Positions 1 to 8,211 of a DNA stretch of 24,000 nucleotides are shown here, one piece after another (position 1 is the stretch's first letter; each line of letters begins with the position of its first letter). A program made the position numbers and the translations under genes. Origin of the DNA: Candidatus Heimdallarchaeota archaeon. GTDB taxonomy: Archaea > Asgardarchaeota > Heimdallarchaeia > Hodarchaeales > Hodarchaeaceae. The notes beneath the pieces are model-generated. The model did no database searches. It saw nothing but the letters and a program-made list of their open reading frames with translations, and had not been told where the DNA came from. The stretch lies in contig JBHLSH010000009.1 in assembly GCA_048881705.1 (NCBI GenBank), positions 44,176-68,175 of the forward strand. Direction: 5' to 3'.

Positions 1-1
1 G

Positions 2-490
2 TCACAGTTCGAAGGGCATTACTTCACGGGTGATTATGCGCTGATTGACAATGAGGGCTATTATTTCATTCTAGGACGGTCAGACGACGTGATCAAGGTC
101 TCGGGACATCGACTAGGTTCTGCAGAAGTTGAATCCGCTATAAATTCCCATCCAAAGGTTGCTGAAAGCGCGGTCATTCCTTATCCACATCCTGTAAAAG
201 GATCCACAATTTTTGCATATGTAACGGTGATGTCAGGTGTGGAACCGAGCGAGGATCTCAAAAAAGAGATTCAAGCACACGTCAGATCCGTAGCAGGACC
301 TGCAGTCTATCCTGAGATTATTATGTTTGCAGATGCAGTTCCTAAAACTCGCTCGGGAAAAATTATGCGTCGAATTCTCAAAGCTGTTGCCACCCAAAGA
401 GACATCGGGAATGTTATGACCTTGGCCAATCCTGAAGTTGTGGACGAGCTAATCAATAGACGAAAGATGATGGGAGAAATTATGTTTTAA
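2..490 (+). CDS. acs: AMP-forming acetyl-CoA synthetase (acyl-CoA synthetase), C-terminal part, 5' truncated by window edge
   Basis: The frame is open to the window edge: SQFEGHYFTGDYALIDNEGYYFILGRSDDVIKVSGHRLGSAEVESAI...KTRSGKIMRRILK. These are the ACS hinge/C-terminal motifs (GRxDDVIxVSGHRLG, PKTRSGKIMRRxL). Confidence 0.95.
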   Translation, partial: SQFEGHYFTGDYALIDNEGYYFILGRSDDVIKVSGHRLGSAEVESAINSHPKVAESAVIPYPHPVKGSTIFAYVTVMSGVEPSEDLKKEIQAHVRSVAGPAVYPEIIMFADAVPKTRSGKIMRRILKAVATQRDIGNVMTLANPEVVDELINRRKMMGEIMF

Positions 491-518
491 CCTTCCACGC
501 CTTTTCCTACCTTCTTTT

Positions 519-842
519 TTAATCAGAGACAACCTGGGGATCTATTCCTAGACTTTCTTTTATCATGGCAAGTATCTGTTCTTCTTTAATGTTTCTTAAT
601 CTGAGAACTTTCTTGGAGCTTTTATGTCCAGTTTCTAGGATCGTTTCGGTTTTGAAATGCTTGCGGAACAATTTCAGGATTTGTTTGTTCGCTCTTCCTT
701 GAATGGGCGGAGATGTGACTCGGATTAGAAACTGATTCGGGCTAACTACGAGTTCATCTTTATGTTGCCTAGTCTTTACATGAACAGTGACCAGAAAATC
801 TCCTGTATCGACATCCAATTTCAGCCAAGGGAACTTTTGCAT
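519..842 (-). CDS. DUF167/YggU family protein; start chosen at internal Met (MQKFPWLKLD...), since the longest ORF (to 995) overlaps the upstream gene heavily
   Basis: LxVxVxxxPxQGRANKxIxKLxxKxF...xxxxGxxSxxKxLxxxxI pattern typical of DUF167. The longer ORF start at 995 would overlap the 821..2797 ORF by 175 bp. Confidence 0.7.
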   Translation of the reverse strand: MQKFPWLKLDVDTGDFLVTVHVKTRQHKDELVVSPNQFLIRVTSPPIQGRANKQILKLFRKHFKTETILETGHKSSKKVLRLRNIKEEQILAMIKESLGIDPQVVSD

Positions 843-2797
843 CTCGCACCGTCCTGGGTGATTTCTTCGACTGAAGAAAAGGGAGTTCGCTGAAGTGAGA
901 AGCGAGTCTCGATTAACCTCTGTGCATCCAGTAGCGAAAGGTTTTCTTCCATCCAAATGAAATTCAAGAAATAACGTGCTAGATTGCTGGGCCATAAACT
1001 TTCTTGATAGGATGTCCCCAGTGCGAGGGAAATACGTTGCTTGAAACGGTTAACGTACTGTTCCGATGATTTCCGTCCAACTTCCTTAATAATCTCAACG
1101 GGGGATTTCGAGGTCCAAATGATTTCAAATTGATGCTGGATCGAGTCCACTACAAACCCGTAAATTACCCCTGTCTGATCATTCGTGACAAAAGGTTTAC
1201 CAATTAGATAACGGAAGGTTTCAGGGATGCTCGTGAAATAAACCCCGACCTTAGCATGAATTTTATCCCCAAAATTAAACGCAGCTGAAGGTAAAACCGA
1301 AAAATATGAAGCCGCTAGTTCGTGAGGAGAGATGAGAAGCCGCTCTTTTGTATTCATAGTCCATAAGCTAGCTGGTGAAAAAGCCTCCCCTTCGCCAATG
1401 CTTAGTTCTTTGGCTACGTGAAATCGGAGTGCAGCTAGATTTTGGATACCTAATCCCTCCAAAAAAAGGGTTAGGATAAAGGAGGGGGGAACATCGCGTT
1501 TGATAAGAAGAGCCTGCCCAAAGGGAGTACCTGACATGAGCCCAGAAATCTTTCCAAAATGAGACCCTCCCATACCAGTGATGTCTTGATCCATAACTTG
1601 ACCTACATCGGTAATTATGGGGTTACCTGGGGCGGGAATCCACACTGGAACTCGGAGCTGTGTAAGTGCGCCCTCATCAATGGTTACTCCATTAGCGGAA
1701 TGTTCCGTCACCCCTGGTATTGTTATAAAATTTACCTGGTTTAAATGAGGTTTAACTGGAGTAACATAACCCCCGATGGAGTGTAACCAATTATTAAAGA
1801 ATGATGGTTGGAGAGCTAAAGTTCTAGGAATCCCTAACGCTTTAGCAATAGTAGTTTTGATTTGTTCGGTCGTAACTTTTTTCAGGTCAAGTTTTGCTTG
1901 TTTCAGGATCTTTTGGTAACGCTGTTTTAAAATTGCAATTGAGATTGGCTCTTCTTTAACGATCGGAAGAAAGGTTGTATCATCTACGATAATGGGGGGA
2001 CGAAAAACACCCAGAGGATTACCTGTTGTATCAATAGCTACCTTACCCACAACATCCCAAGGATTCGAGTCTGGAGTTGAAATAGGCCTCATCTGAACTT
2101 CAATTGGATTTGGTGGGTTTACTGCAGAGATATCCTCCACAGGGGAAGCAGAAAGGTTATCGCTAACCTGACCTAGAGGTTGAATAAGATCCCCCAAATT
2201 TAATGTATCTACCTGCTCATCACCGAGTGGAGAGATGAGCCTACTAATTATATCTCTTTCTACATCTTCCATGGGGGCTGAGGGTATTGTAGGAGTAGGA
2301 AATTCATCTTTCCTGCTGGAATCGGCCCATTTTTCCCACACTTTTGAAAATTTTGATATTATTCGTGATGTCGATTCCTTTACATCGGACTGTGGTAAAT
2401 CAGGGAACAATGTATCTAAATTGAGCCTATTGTTTTCTTCTAGACCTTTAAGTCGGGCGATCAACATTGGGATATGAGTATGTAGCTTTTCCTCTCTTTT
2501 CTCAAGTTTTTCGCGTTCTTTGACGAGCTCTGAAATCACATGTCTTGCTTCTGCTTTGGTCGATCTACCGGCATCCCATGACAAGGCGGCTTGTTTTGTT
2601 TTGACTTCATTAATCTGAAGCGCATTTTTAACTTGATGTAAGGTCTCTTCGATATAAATCAGCTGAATCATATCAAGAAGGGGCGCAGGAGAGTACGCGT
2701 TTACTTGCGATGCTTTTTTGAGGCCATTAAGCGCATTAAGGAGCTGATTCTCATCTATTAGATCTTGATTCCTAAGGGCAAAGAGGAAATTTTTCAA
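821..2797 (-). CDS. Large uncharacterized protein: N-terminal helical/coiled-coil region, acidic linker, PRC-barrel-like segments
   Basis: 658-aa ORF. It has a charged helical stretch (HVISELVKEREKLEKREEKLHTHIPMLIARLKGLEE) and PRC-like strings (WDVVGKVAIDTTGNPLGVFRPP; YLIGKPFVTNDQTGVIYGFVVDSIQ). The domain call is by eye only. Confidence 0.65.
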   Translation of the reverse strand: MKNFLFALRNQDLIDENQLLNALNGLKKASQVNAYSPAPLLDMIQLIYIEETLHQVKNALQINEVKTKQAALSWDAGRSTKAEARHVISELVKEREKLEKREEKLHTHIPMLIARLKGLEENNRLNLDTLFPDLPQSDVKESTSRIISKFSKVWEKWADSSRKDEFPTPTIPSAPMEDVERDIISRLISPLGDEQVDTLNLGDLIQPLGQVSDNLSASPVEDISAVNPPNPIEVQMRPISTPDSNPWDVVGKVAIDTTGNPLGVFRPPIIVDDTTFLPIVKEEPISIAILKQRYQKILKQAKLDLKKVTTEQIKTTIAKALGIPRTLALQPSFFNNWLHSIGGYVTPVKPHLNQVNFITIPGVTEHSANGVTIDEGALTQLRVPVWIPAPGNPIITDVGQVMDQDITGMGGSHFGKISGLMSGTPFGQALLIKRDVPPSFILTLFLEGLGIQNLAALRFHVAKELSIGEGEAFSPASLWTMNTKERLLISPHELAASYFSVLPSAAFNFGDKIHAKVGVYFTSIPETFRYLIGKPFVTNDQTGVIYGFVVDSIQHQFEIIWTSKSPVEIIKEVGRKSSEQYVNRFKQRISLALGTSYQESLWPSNLARYFLNFIWMEENLSLLDAQRLIETRFSLQRTPFSSVEEITQDGARCKSSLG

Positions 2798-2911
2798 GGA
2801 ACTAAAAGCAAGCTCCTCCGATTTGGCCTGGGTATCTTTATTAAAACAAAATAATGATGTTTATTAAAAAATTACCTGAATACTTGACTTTCCGTTATTG
2901 ATACTGATTCC

Positions 2912-3937
2912 TTATTCTTCTTCAGAGGTTTCTTGGCGATTTTCATTCAGTGATTCGGGAATTTCAAAATCAAAAGGCGGTTGGGTAGTTATAATCACTC
3001 CATCGTTTTCCGTGATGACGAAAGTATGTTCATATTGGGCAACATAACTTCCTTTTTCATCGGCCAATGGGGGGTATGCCAAAGCGCCTCCCGCGCTCAA
3101 AAGCTCCCGGAGGGCAAAACGTACCCGTGCTTGATTAAATCCGTCATAAGAAGATAACCAGCGTTCCGCAAAGGGGAGAGATTTGTAATTCCTGTAAATT
3201 GCTGAATATATCTTTCGAGAAACAGGATTCCTGAGGGCTACTCGTCGAGGTAATAACATGTAGATATATTTTGTACCAGATACCTCGTGGACACTCCCCG
3301 TTCCTGTTGAAGCGAAAGTTTCAAATGCGTAGGCTTCTCCGACTTCCAATGCGCTTTCGGCCGGGTCAAAGGTCTGCCCAATATTGGGTAACCTTTTATC
3401 ACCATGGAGTTCAAACCGACCCAATTTATGCCCAGATAACTCACGTAATGGTTTGTACCCATATCCATTAATCGTTTCTTCCACTCGTTTTCCAATCATT
3501 GAGGGCATAGTACCTGGATTAATAATTTCCATTCCAGCCTTAAAACCTTCCTTTGCTGCATCTTTTAGGTTCTTATGCTCAGTTGACAGGTCAACCGAAA
3601 GTGCAGTATCCGCAATATACCCATTAACATGCACACCAACGTCGAATTTCACAATGCCATCATCTGGAATGATTGTCTGATCTCCAAATGGTGAAGAGTA
3701 GTGAGCAGCCAAATGATTGATCGAAACATTAGTTGGAAATCCATGTCCATCTGCCCCTTTTTCGAGGATCATCTTCTCAGCACTCTCACAGATCTCAATA
3801 ACCGAAGTTCCAGGTTTAATCATCTTAACAACGTTATGTAATACTTCATAACCAATTTGTCCAGCTTTTCGGTAGTAATAGATCCTTTCTTCGTTAGAGA
3901 TCCCCTCTTCCGATGTCCAGTCACTCAATTTCGTCAC
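2912..3937 (-). CDS. map: Methionine aminopeptidase, type 2 (archaeal)
   Basis: GxDGHGFPTNVSINHLAAHYSSPxGD, VKFDVGVHVNGYIADTALSVDL, ELSGHKLGRFELHG, YAFETFASTGTG and YEHTFVITE motifs of MetAP2. Confidence 0.95.
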   Translation of the reverse strand: MTKLSDWTSEEGISNEERIYYYRKAGQIGYEVLHNVVKMIKPGTSVIEICESAEKMILEKGADGHGFPTNVSINHLAAHYSSPFGDQTIIPDDGIVKFDVGVHVNGYIADTALSVDLSTEHKNLKDAAKEGFKAGMEIINPGTMPSMIGKRVEETINGYGYKPLRELSGHKLGRFELHGDKRLPNIGQTFDPAESALEVGEAYAFETFASTGTGSVHEVSGTKYIYMLLPRRVALRNPVSRKIYSAIYRNYKSLPFAERWLSSYDGFNQARVRFALRELLSAGGALAYPPLADEKGSYVAQYEHTFVITENDGVIITTQPPFDFEIPESLNENRQETSEEE

Positions 3938-4186
3938 CTTTTACTTTTTTTTCACTCTTTAATGCCAATCGTTTGGAAAGATTCTATTTTATGCAAGGAA
4001 GTAGAATGAAGAGGAAAAGATCCCTCTTAAGGTCGAGATGCATACTATTGCTCGTAATACATGCATAGAACCGCTGTTTGGGCATTCTGTGAGTCAACTA
4101 AAAACCTTTATTTCTCGGATTCAATGGGAGTATCATAAAGTTTAAGCATCGGTATTAGGTGAAAATGCCGATTTCATTGGAGTTAT

Positions 4187-6184
4187 TTGCCATTGGATAT
4201 TGGATTCCTTTCCATCCTTCAACAAAGATATCCTCAAACAGCGGATGCTATAATAGATGCCATAGATAAGTGTGATCAACTGACAGAGTTGATAACGTCC
4301 GAAGATTTCTCACAAAAAGATTTTTATGTCAATCTCCTCCAAAATATCAGACTATTTCTTAACTCCGAATCCATGTTTCATAGCAGAAGCTTTCAAAAGG
4401 CCCTAAAATTCTATGAAAAGTTACGGGCTAGCATCAGTGAGACACAAACCCAGTTTCCCGATTCCTACTCATCCTGGCGCTATGATATCGACCGTTTAAC
4501 CTCGCGAACTGAGGCACGACTCCAAGAGGCCAGGGCACAGCTTTCTCTGGAGCAAGAGGACACAGTACAAGCAGATATCCTCCTCGTTGAAACAATCAAT
4601 CGATACAACCTAGAACTCCAATTAGAACAGGAATATGGTGATTATGATCACTATTTCGATACGTTAGGCAATATTTTTCGATGTTCGGGCCATCTCTACT
4701 TTTTAAGGGGACGTACTAACAACAATCGAATTGAACTATATCAGTCAATGAAGGATTTTAGAAAAGCGATCTTTCTGGGCCAATTAGATCTTGATGGATA
4801 CGTGAAAGAAGCACACAAGAATATCAAAATCATGACATTGGCAAAACTAGAACAACAAGCAGAGAACTACTTCAATCTGGGGTTAACTGAAACGGATGCA
4901 GAGAAATATAGTGAAGCAAAAAGAAATTATCATAAATCTGCCCAATTATTCACCTCATTAAAGCGCGCCGCCTTCCAACCAGATCAATCAAGAGAATTTG
5001 AACTCCAGGAACAGATTCAATTCTCCTCTTATTATGAAGCCAGTGCAAAGGAATTCATGACCCAAGATAATAACGAGCAGGCCGCAGTTCAATTTTCGAA
5101 TGCTTCCCGGACTTTACGAAACGTCCTAGAATCCCTACCCAGTGAGGCTTTAAGCCGGAATTTTTCGCCTCAAATCGATTATTTCGAAGCAATGCGCTTG
5201 TTTTGCTTGGCTGTCATTGAGTATGACAAAATGCTTCCCGAAGCAATGATTCGTTTTAAGACTGCCAGAGAAAAGCTCGAAACGGCTAGACAACAAGCTG
5301 AAGGAATGTCTAATCTTCCTCTGGTCAATAACTGTGAGGAAACTTTAAACAAGCTCAAATCCTATATAGAAATCGCTGAACTTCTACATTCTGAAGAGTC
5401 TAAAGAGACATTGGGGGTTCCAAATATCGAGGATCCTGTACAGCCTATGGAACCTGCTCAACCTTCCGAACTAGAGGAGCCTGAACTACCTCCCGCAGAA
5501 CCCGAACTACCTCTGGAACCTGAAGAACCTGCTCAACCTTTCGAACTAGAGGAGCCTGAACTACCTCCCGCAGAACTCGAACTACCTCTGGAACCTGAAG
5601 AACCTGCTCAACCTTTCGAACTAGAGGAACCTGAACTACCTCCCGCAGAACCCGAACTACCTCTGGAACCTGAAGAACCTGCTCAACCTTTCGAACTAGA
5701 GGAGCCTGAACTACCTCCCGCAGAACTCGAACTACCTCTGGAACCTGAAGAACCTGCTCAACCTTTCGAACTAGAGGAACCTGAACTACCTCCCGCAGAA
5801 CCCGAACTGCCTCTAGAACCTGAAGAACCCGCTAGGCCTTCCGAACTAGAGGAACCTGAACCTCCTAAGAAACCCGTAAAACCTCATCAACTGGAGGAGA
5901 CTATCAAACCTCTAGAGGTAAAGAAACCTAAGGAGCATGAAGTCTTCCAGAAACAAACCAAACATGTATCAGATGAATGGACGACTGAACCGTTAGATCT
6001 TGACCCTCGCGAGATCCTCATGGAACTGAGAGGACGATTGGATGCAGAGAAACCCACTGAACCAAAACCAGAAGACTCAACAGAAGTCCTAGAGAAGCCT
6101 AAGAAGAGTAGAGAGGAAAAGAACTCTGTAGAAAATGGAAATCCAGAGAAGGCTGCGGAACCTGAGGAATCTGAGGAATCTTAA
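4187..6184 (+). CDS. TPR-like helical protein with Glu/Pro-rich tandem repeat region and charged C-terminal tail; TTG start
   Basis: 665-aa ORF. Degenerate TPR-like helix pairs (e.g. LEQQAENYFNLGLTETDAEKYSEAKRNYHKSAQLFTSLKRAAF; DNNEQAAVQFSNASRTLRNVLE) are followed by a perfect or near-perfect 25-aa repeat tract. Confidence 0.75.
   Translation: MPLDIGFLSILQQRYPQTADAIIDAIDKCDQLTELITSEDFSQKDFYVNLLQNIRLFLNSESMFHSRSFQKALKFYEKLRASISETQTQFPDSYSSWRYDIDRLTSRTEARLQEARAQLSLEQEDTVQADILLVETINRYNLELQLEQEYGDYDHYFDTLGNIFRCSGHLYFLRGRTNNNRIELYQSMKDFRKAIFLGQLDLDGYVKEAHKNIKIMTLAKLEQQAENYFNLGLTETDAEKYSEAKRNYHKSAQLFTSLKRAAFQPDQSREFELQEQIQFSSYYEASAKEFMTQDNNEQAAVQFSNASRTLRNVLESLPSEALSRNFSPQIDYFEAMRLFCLAVIEYDKMLPEAMIRFKTAREKLETARQQAEGMSNLPLVNNCEETLNKLKSYIEIAELLHSEESKETLGVPNIEDPVQPMEPAQPSELEEPELPPAEPELPLEPEEPAQPFELEEPELPPAELELPLEPEEPAQPFELEEPELPPAEPELPLEPEEPAQPFELEEPELPPAELELPLEPEEPAQPFELEEPELPPAEPELPLEPEEPARPSELEEPEPPKKPVKPHQLEETIKPLEVKKPKEHEVFQKQTKHVSDEWTTEPLDLDPREILMELRGRLDAEKPTEPKPEDSTEVLEKPKKSREEKNSVENGNPEKAAEPEESEES
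5450..5865 (+). repeat. Coding tandem repeat, 75-bp unit (25 aa: EEPAQPFELEEPELPPAEPELPLEP), about 5.5 copies, with alternating variants giving a 150-bp higher-order unit
   Basis: Direct reading: units alternate PPAEPELPLEP / PPAELELPLEP together with synonymous gag/gaa alternation in 'ELEEPEL'. Confidence 0.95.
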
Positions 6185-6504
6185 TGTTCTTCAGAGCGAA
6201 GTTGGGCTAGGATCCAGTAGGCCTCTAGGATCGTGATAGAAAGCTGGCGGGCAAGTTCTTCAGGATGGATTTGCGGATCCCTCGGTAGGATTTTTTGTCG
6301 GGTCCATGCAAGATTGGAAGCATGCCCGGGAATTTGGGCCATGACGGGAGCGAGCATTTCCAGTAACTGCTCGCGAGAGAGCTGCAGAAGAGACCCCTGA
6401 GATTTACTGCGGTCTAATATTCTTGGGATTTTCCGCTCTTTTTTCTTAGGAGTGGTACTTTCTTTATCCTTCTCCTGATCAAGATATTTTTCAAGATCTG
6501 ACAT
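6181..6504 (-). CDS. Hypothetical protein, charged N-terminus and small helical C-terminal region
   Basis: 107-aa ORF convergent with the TPR gene and not overlapping it except at the stop codons. No family recognized. Confidence 0.5.
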   Translation of the reverse strand: MSDLEKYLDQEKDKESTTPKKKERKIPRILDRSKSQGSLLQLSREQLLEMLAPVMAQIPGHASNLAWTRQKILPRDPQIHPEELARQLSITILEAYWILAQLRSEEH

Positions 6505-6555
6505 TGTTCACCAATTCTCTGGTGATCCGATCTCTCTTTTCAGGATTTATTACGC

Positions 6556-6876
6556 TCAATCCTGGGGGGTTTCAATCGCTTCTACAAATCGTGTTCCTGT
6601 AAGAACCTGGTCGATAGAATGAATGCTTCCATGTAAATCATTGATTCGCTCACTTATTCTATCGTAATCTAAATTCGAACCCTCCAAGACCACTTTAAGG
6701 TTCTCTGTTTTTGCATCAATTTCTAGGAGGGTACAATTAACCCCTGCGACTCCCTCAACTTCTTCGAGAGCCTTAGCGAAAGAGACGATTGAGGGATCAT
6801 GTAGTTTCAGAACATCCAAAACTAACCGCCTCACTCCTCCTCTTTTGGTCAAACCAGTGTGTCTTTTTTCAGTCAT
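6556..6876 (-). CDS. DUF211 family protein
   Basis: GGVRRLVLDVLKLHDPSIVSFAKALEEVEGVAGVNCTLLEIDAKTENLKVVLEGSNLDYDRISERINDLHGSIHSIDQVLTG matches the typical archaeal DUF211 pattern. Confidence 0.88.
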   Translation of the reverse strand: MTEKRHTGLTKRGGVRRLVLDVLKLHDPSIVSFAKALEEVEGVAGVNCTLLEIDAKTENLKVVLEGSNLDYDRISERINDLHGSIHSIDQVLTGTRFVEAIETPQD

Positions 6877-7077
6877 GGGATTGCAAACACCTGTTTCTGA
6901 GAAATATAGATTTTATCTTTTTGAAAGGAACCGACCGGAACATAAGTCTCCCCGTTTTGGCATTTTCCCAAAAAAGGTTCCTGAGTATGTCCAATAGGAT
7001 TATCGATCAACAGCTGGGAAGTCCATCCCGTTACGGAGGTTTATGATGGAACTAAAGCTAGTTACCTTTAGCAGACC

Positions 7078-7398
7078 TCAATCACGCAGTTCAATGGAAG
7101 ATTCGGGGAAGCCTTCATCAACTAATATTTCGGGGATCCGCCGGAGAAAATTCCCTTGGAGCTCGATCCTCCCGTCCTTTGTGGTGCCCCCCGTCGCTAA
7201 TGACTTTTTCAGTCTTTTTGAAAGGCTTCGTAAGTCAATTTCTTTGCTCAGTCCATCTATCACGGTCACCTCACGTCCCCATTTCCGTTTCTCAATGAAA
7301 ACCCGAATAGAAGTCGTTTCGTCGCGTGCTATATCACTGCACGCACATAATTCAATTGGAAGTCCGCATGTTTTGCACGTACTTGTTGCCATGCCCAT
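7078..7398 (-). CDS. Translation initiation factor 1 (eIF1/SUI1 family), archaeal type with N-terminal Cys motif
   Basis: CKTCGLPIELCACSDIARDE followed by SUI1 core: RKWGREVTVIDGL...DLRSLSKRLKKSLATGGTTKDGRIELQGNF. Confidence 0.93.
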   Translation of the reverse strand: MGMATSTCKTCGLPIELCACSDIARDETTSIRVFIEKRKWGREVTVIDGLSKEIDLRSLSKRLKKSLATGGTTKDGRIELQGNFLRRIPEILVDEGFPESSIELRD

Positions 7399-7490
7399 TT
7401 TTACTTTTTTACCTCAAATTTTTTGAATTGTAGACGGGGAAGTATGCAAATTCGCTTAAATATAAACCTATCGTAGAAATTTTGTCGTTT

Positions 7491-7637
7491 TCATTCCGTT
7501 TTCAACCGTTTGATAATCGGCGGCCGTTTCTTGAGCAATACTCGATGCCCGCAAATTATGCACCTTATCCCTGGAAGTGTTTCCAATTCCCCTGGATCGA
7601 TCTCTTGGTGACAAGCGGCACATAAATAAGTGGTCAT
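7491..7637 (-). CDS. rpoP: DNA-directed RNA polymerase subunit P (RpoP / Rpb12-like), 48 aa, absent from supplied ORF track
   Basis: Manual translation of minus strand: [48 protein letters not shown]. It has the CxxC...CxxCG zinc ribbon and YRILxKxRPPxxKRxK-like tail characteristic of RpoP. Confidence 0.95.
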   Translation of the reverse strand: MTTYLCAACHQEIDPGELETLPGIRCIICGHRVLLKKRPPIIKRLKTE

Positions 7638-7768
7638 TTAGTTTTTCCTAACCTATTTTCATTCAAGGACTTGCCATCGATCCGATCTACCCGAGGGCTA
7701 CGACGAAGATCCCTGTTAATCGTGCCGACCCTTCCCAGTTTGATAAACTTTTCTTTCCCCATCTTCAT
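7634..7768 (-). CDS. Small basic protein, 44 aa, unknown; possible remnant or divergent N-terminal part of eL43 (L37Ae)
   Basis: [44 protein letters not shown]. The ATG overlaps the mutase stop (ATGA) and its TGA overlaps the rpoP ATG (ATGA). Confidence 0.5.
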   Translation of the reverse strand: MKMGKEKFIKLGRVGTINRDLRRSPRVDRIDGKSLNENRLGKTK

Positions 7769-8184
7769 GCTGCTCGTTTAAGATTCGCTTCTATGAATTT
7801 GACAATTACTTCAGTATCCGTTCCTGGACCGAAAATTCCCGTGATACCTATCTTGTTCAGAGCGAGGATGTCTACATCTGGAATAATACCTCCCACAACC
7901 ACAAGAGTGTCATCGTACATCTCTTTTTCCTTGAGTAACTCCATGATTTTAGGAAAAAGGGCCATATGAGAACCACTGAGGCTGGAAAGACCTAAAACAT
8001 CAACATCTTCTTGTAAAGCCGCCTCGACAATCTGCTCAGGACTTTTATGTAATCCCGTGTAGATTACTTCCATTCCTGCGTCTCGAAGCGCACGAGCAAC
8101 TACTTTAACGCCTCGATCATGACCATCTAATCCCGGTTTAGCTAATAGGACTCGTATCTTCCTAATGGCGGTAGTTTCACTCAT
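7765..8184 (-). CDS. mcmA2: Methylmalonyl-CoA mutase, small/C-terminal cobalamin-binding subunit
   Basis: [37 protein letters not shown]...[12 protein letters not shown]...[11 protein letters not shown]...[10 protein letters not shown]. Classic B12-binding DxHxxG motif (DGHDRG) and GG motif. Confidence 0.96.
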   Translation of the reverse strand: MSETTAIRKIRVLLAKPGLDGHDRGVKVVARALRDAGMEVIYTGLHKSPEQIVEAALQEDVDVLGLSSLSGSHMALFPKIMELLKEKEMYDDTLVVVGGIIPDVDILALNKIGITGIFGPGTDTEVIVKFIEANLKRAA

Positions 8185-8211
8185 CGTTTGGCTATTCCTC
8201 CAGTTTTCAGT

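Noticed and set aside
842-995. N-terminal extension of the DUF167 ORF
   Set aside because: It overlaps the preceding gene by 175 bp and is not part of the recognizable DUF167 core. An internal ATG at 842 gives a more plausible start.
5450-5865. Considered as CRISPR or noncoding satellite array
   Set aside because: The repeats are contiguous without spacers, in frame, and encode a clean 25-aa protein repeat within a long ORF.
7043-7426. Plus-strand 127-aa ORF
   Set aside because: It lies antisense over the clear eIF1 gene, and its composition looks like mirrored coding sequence.
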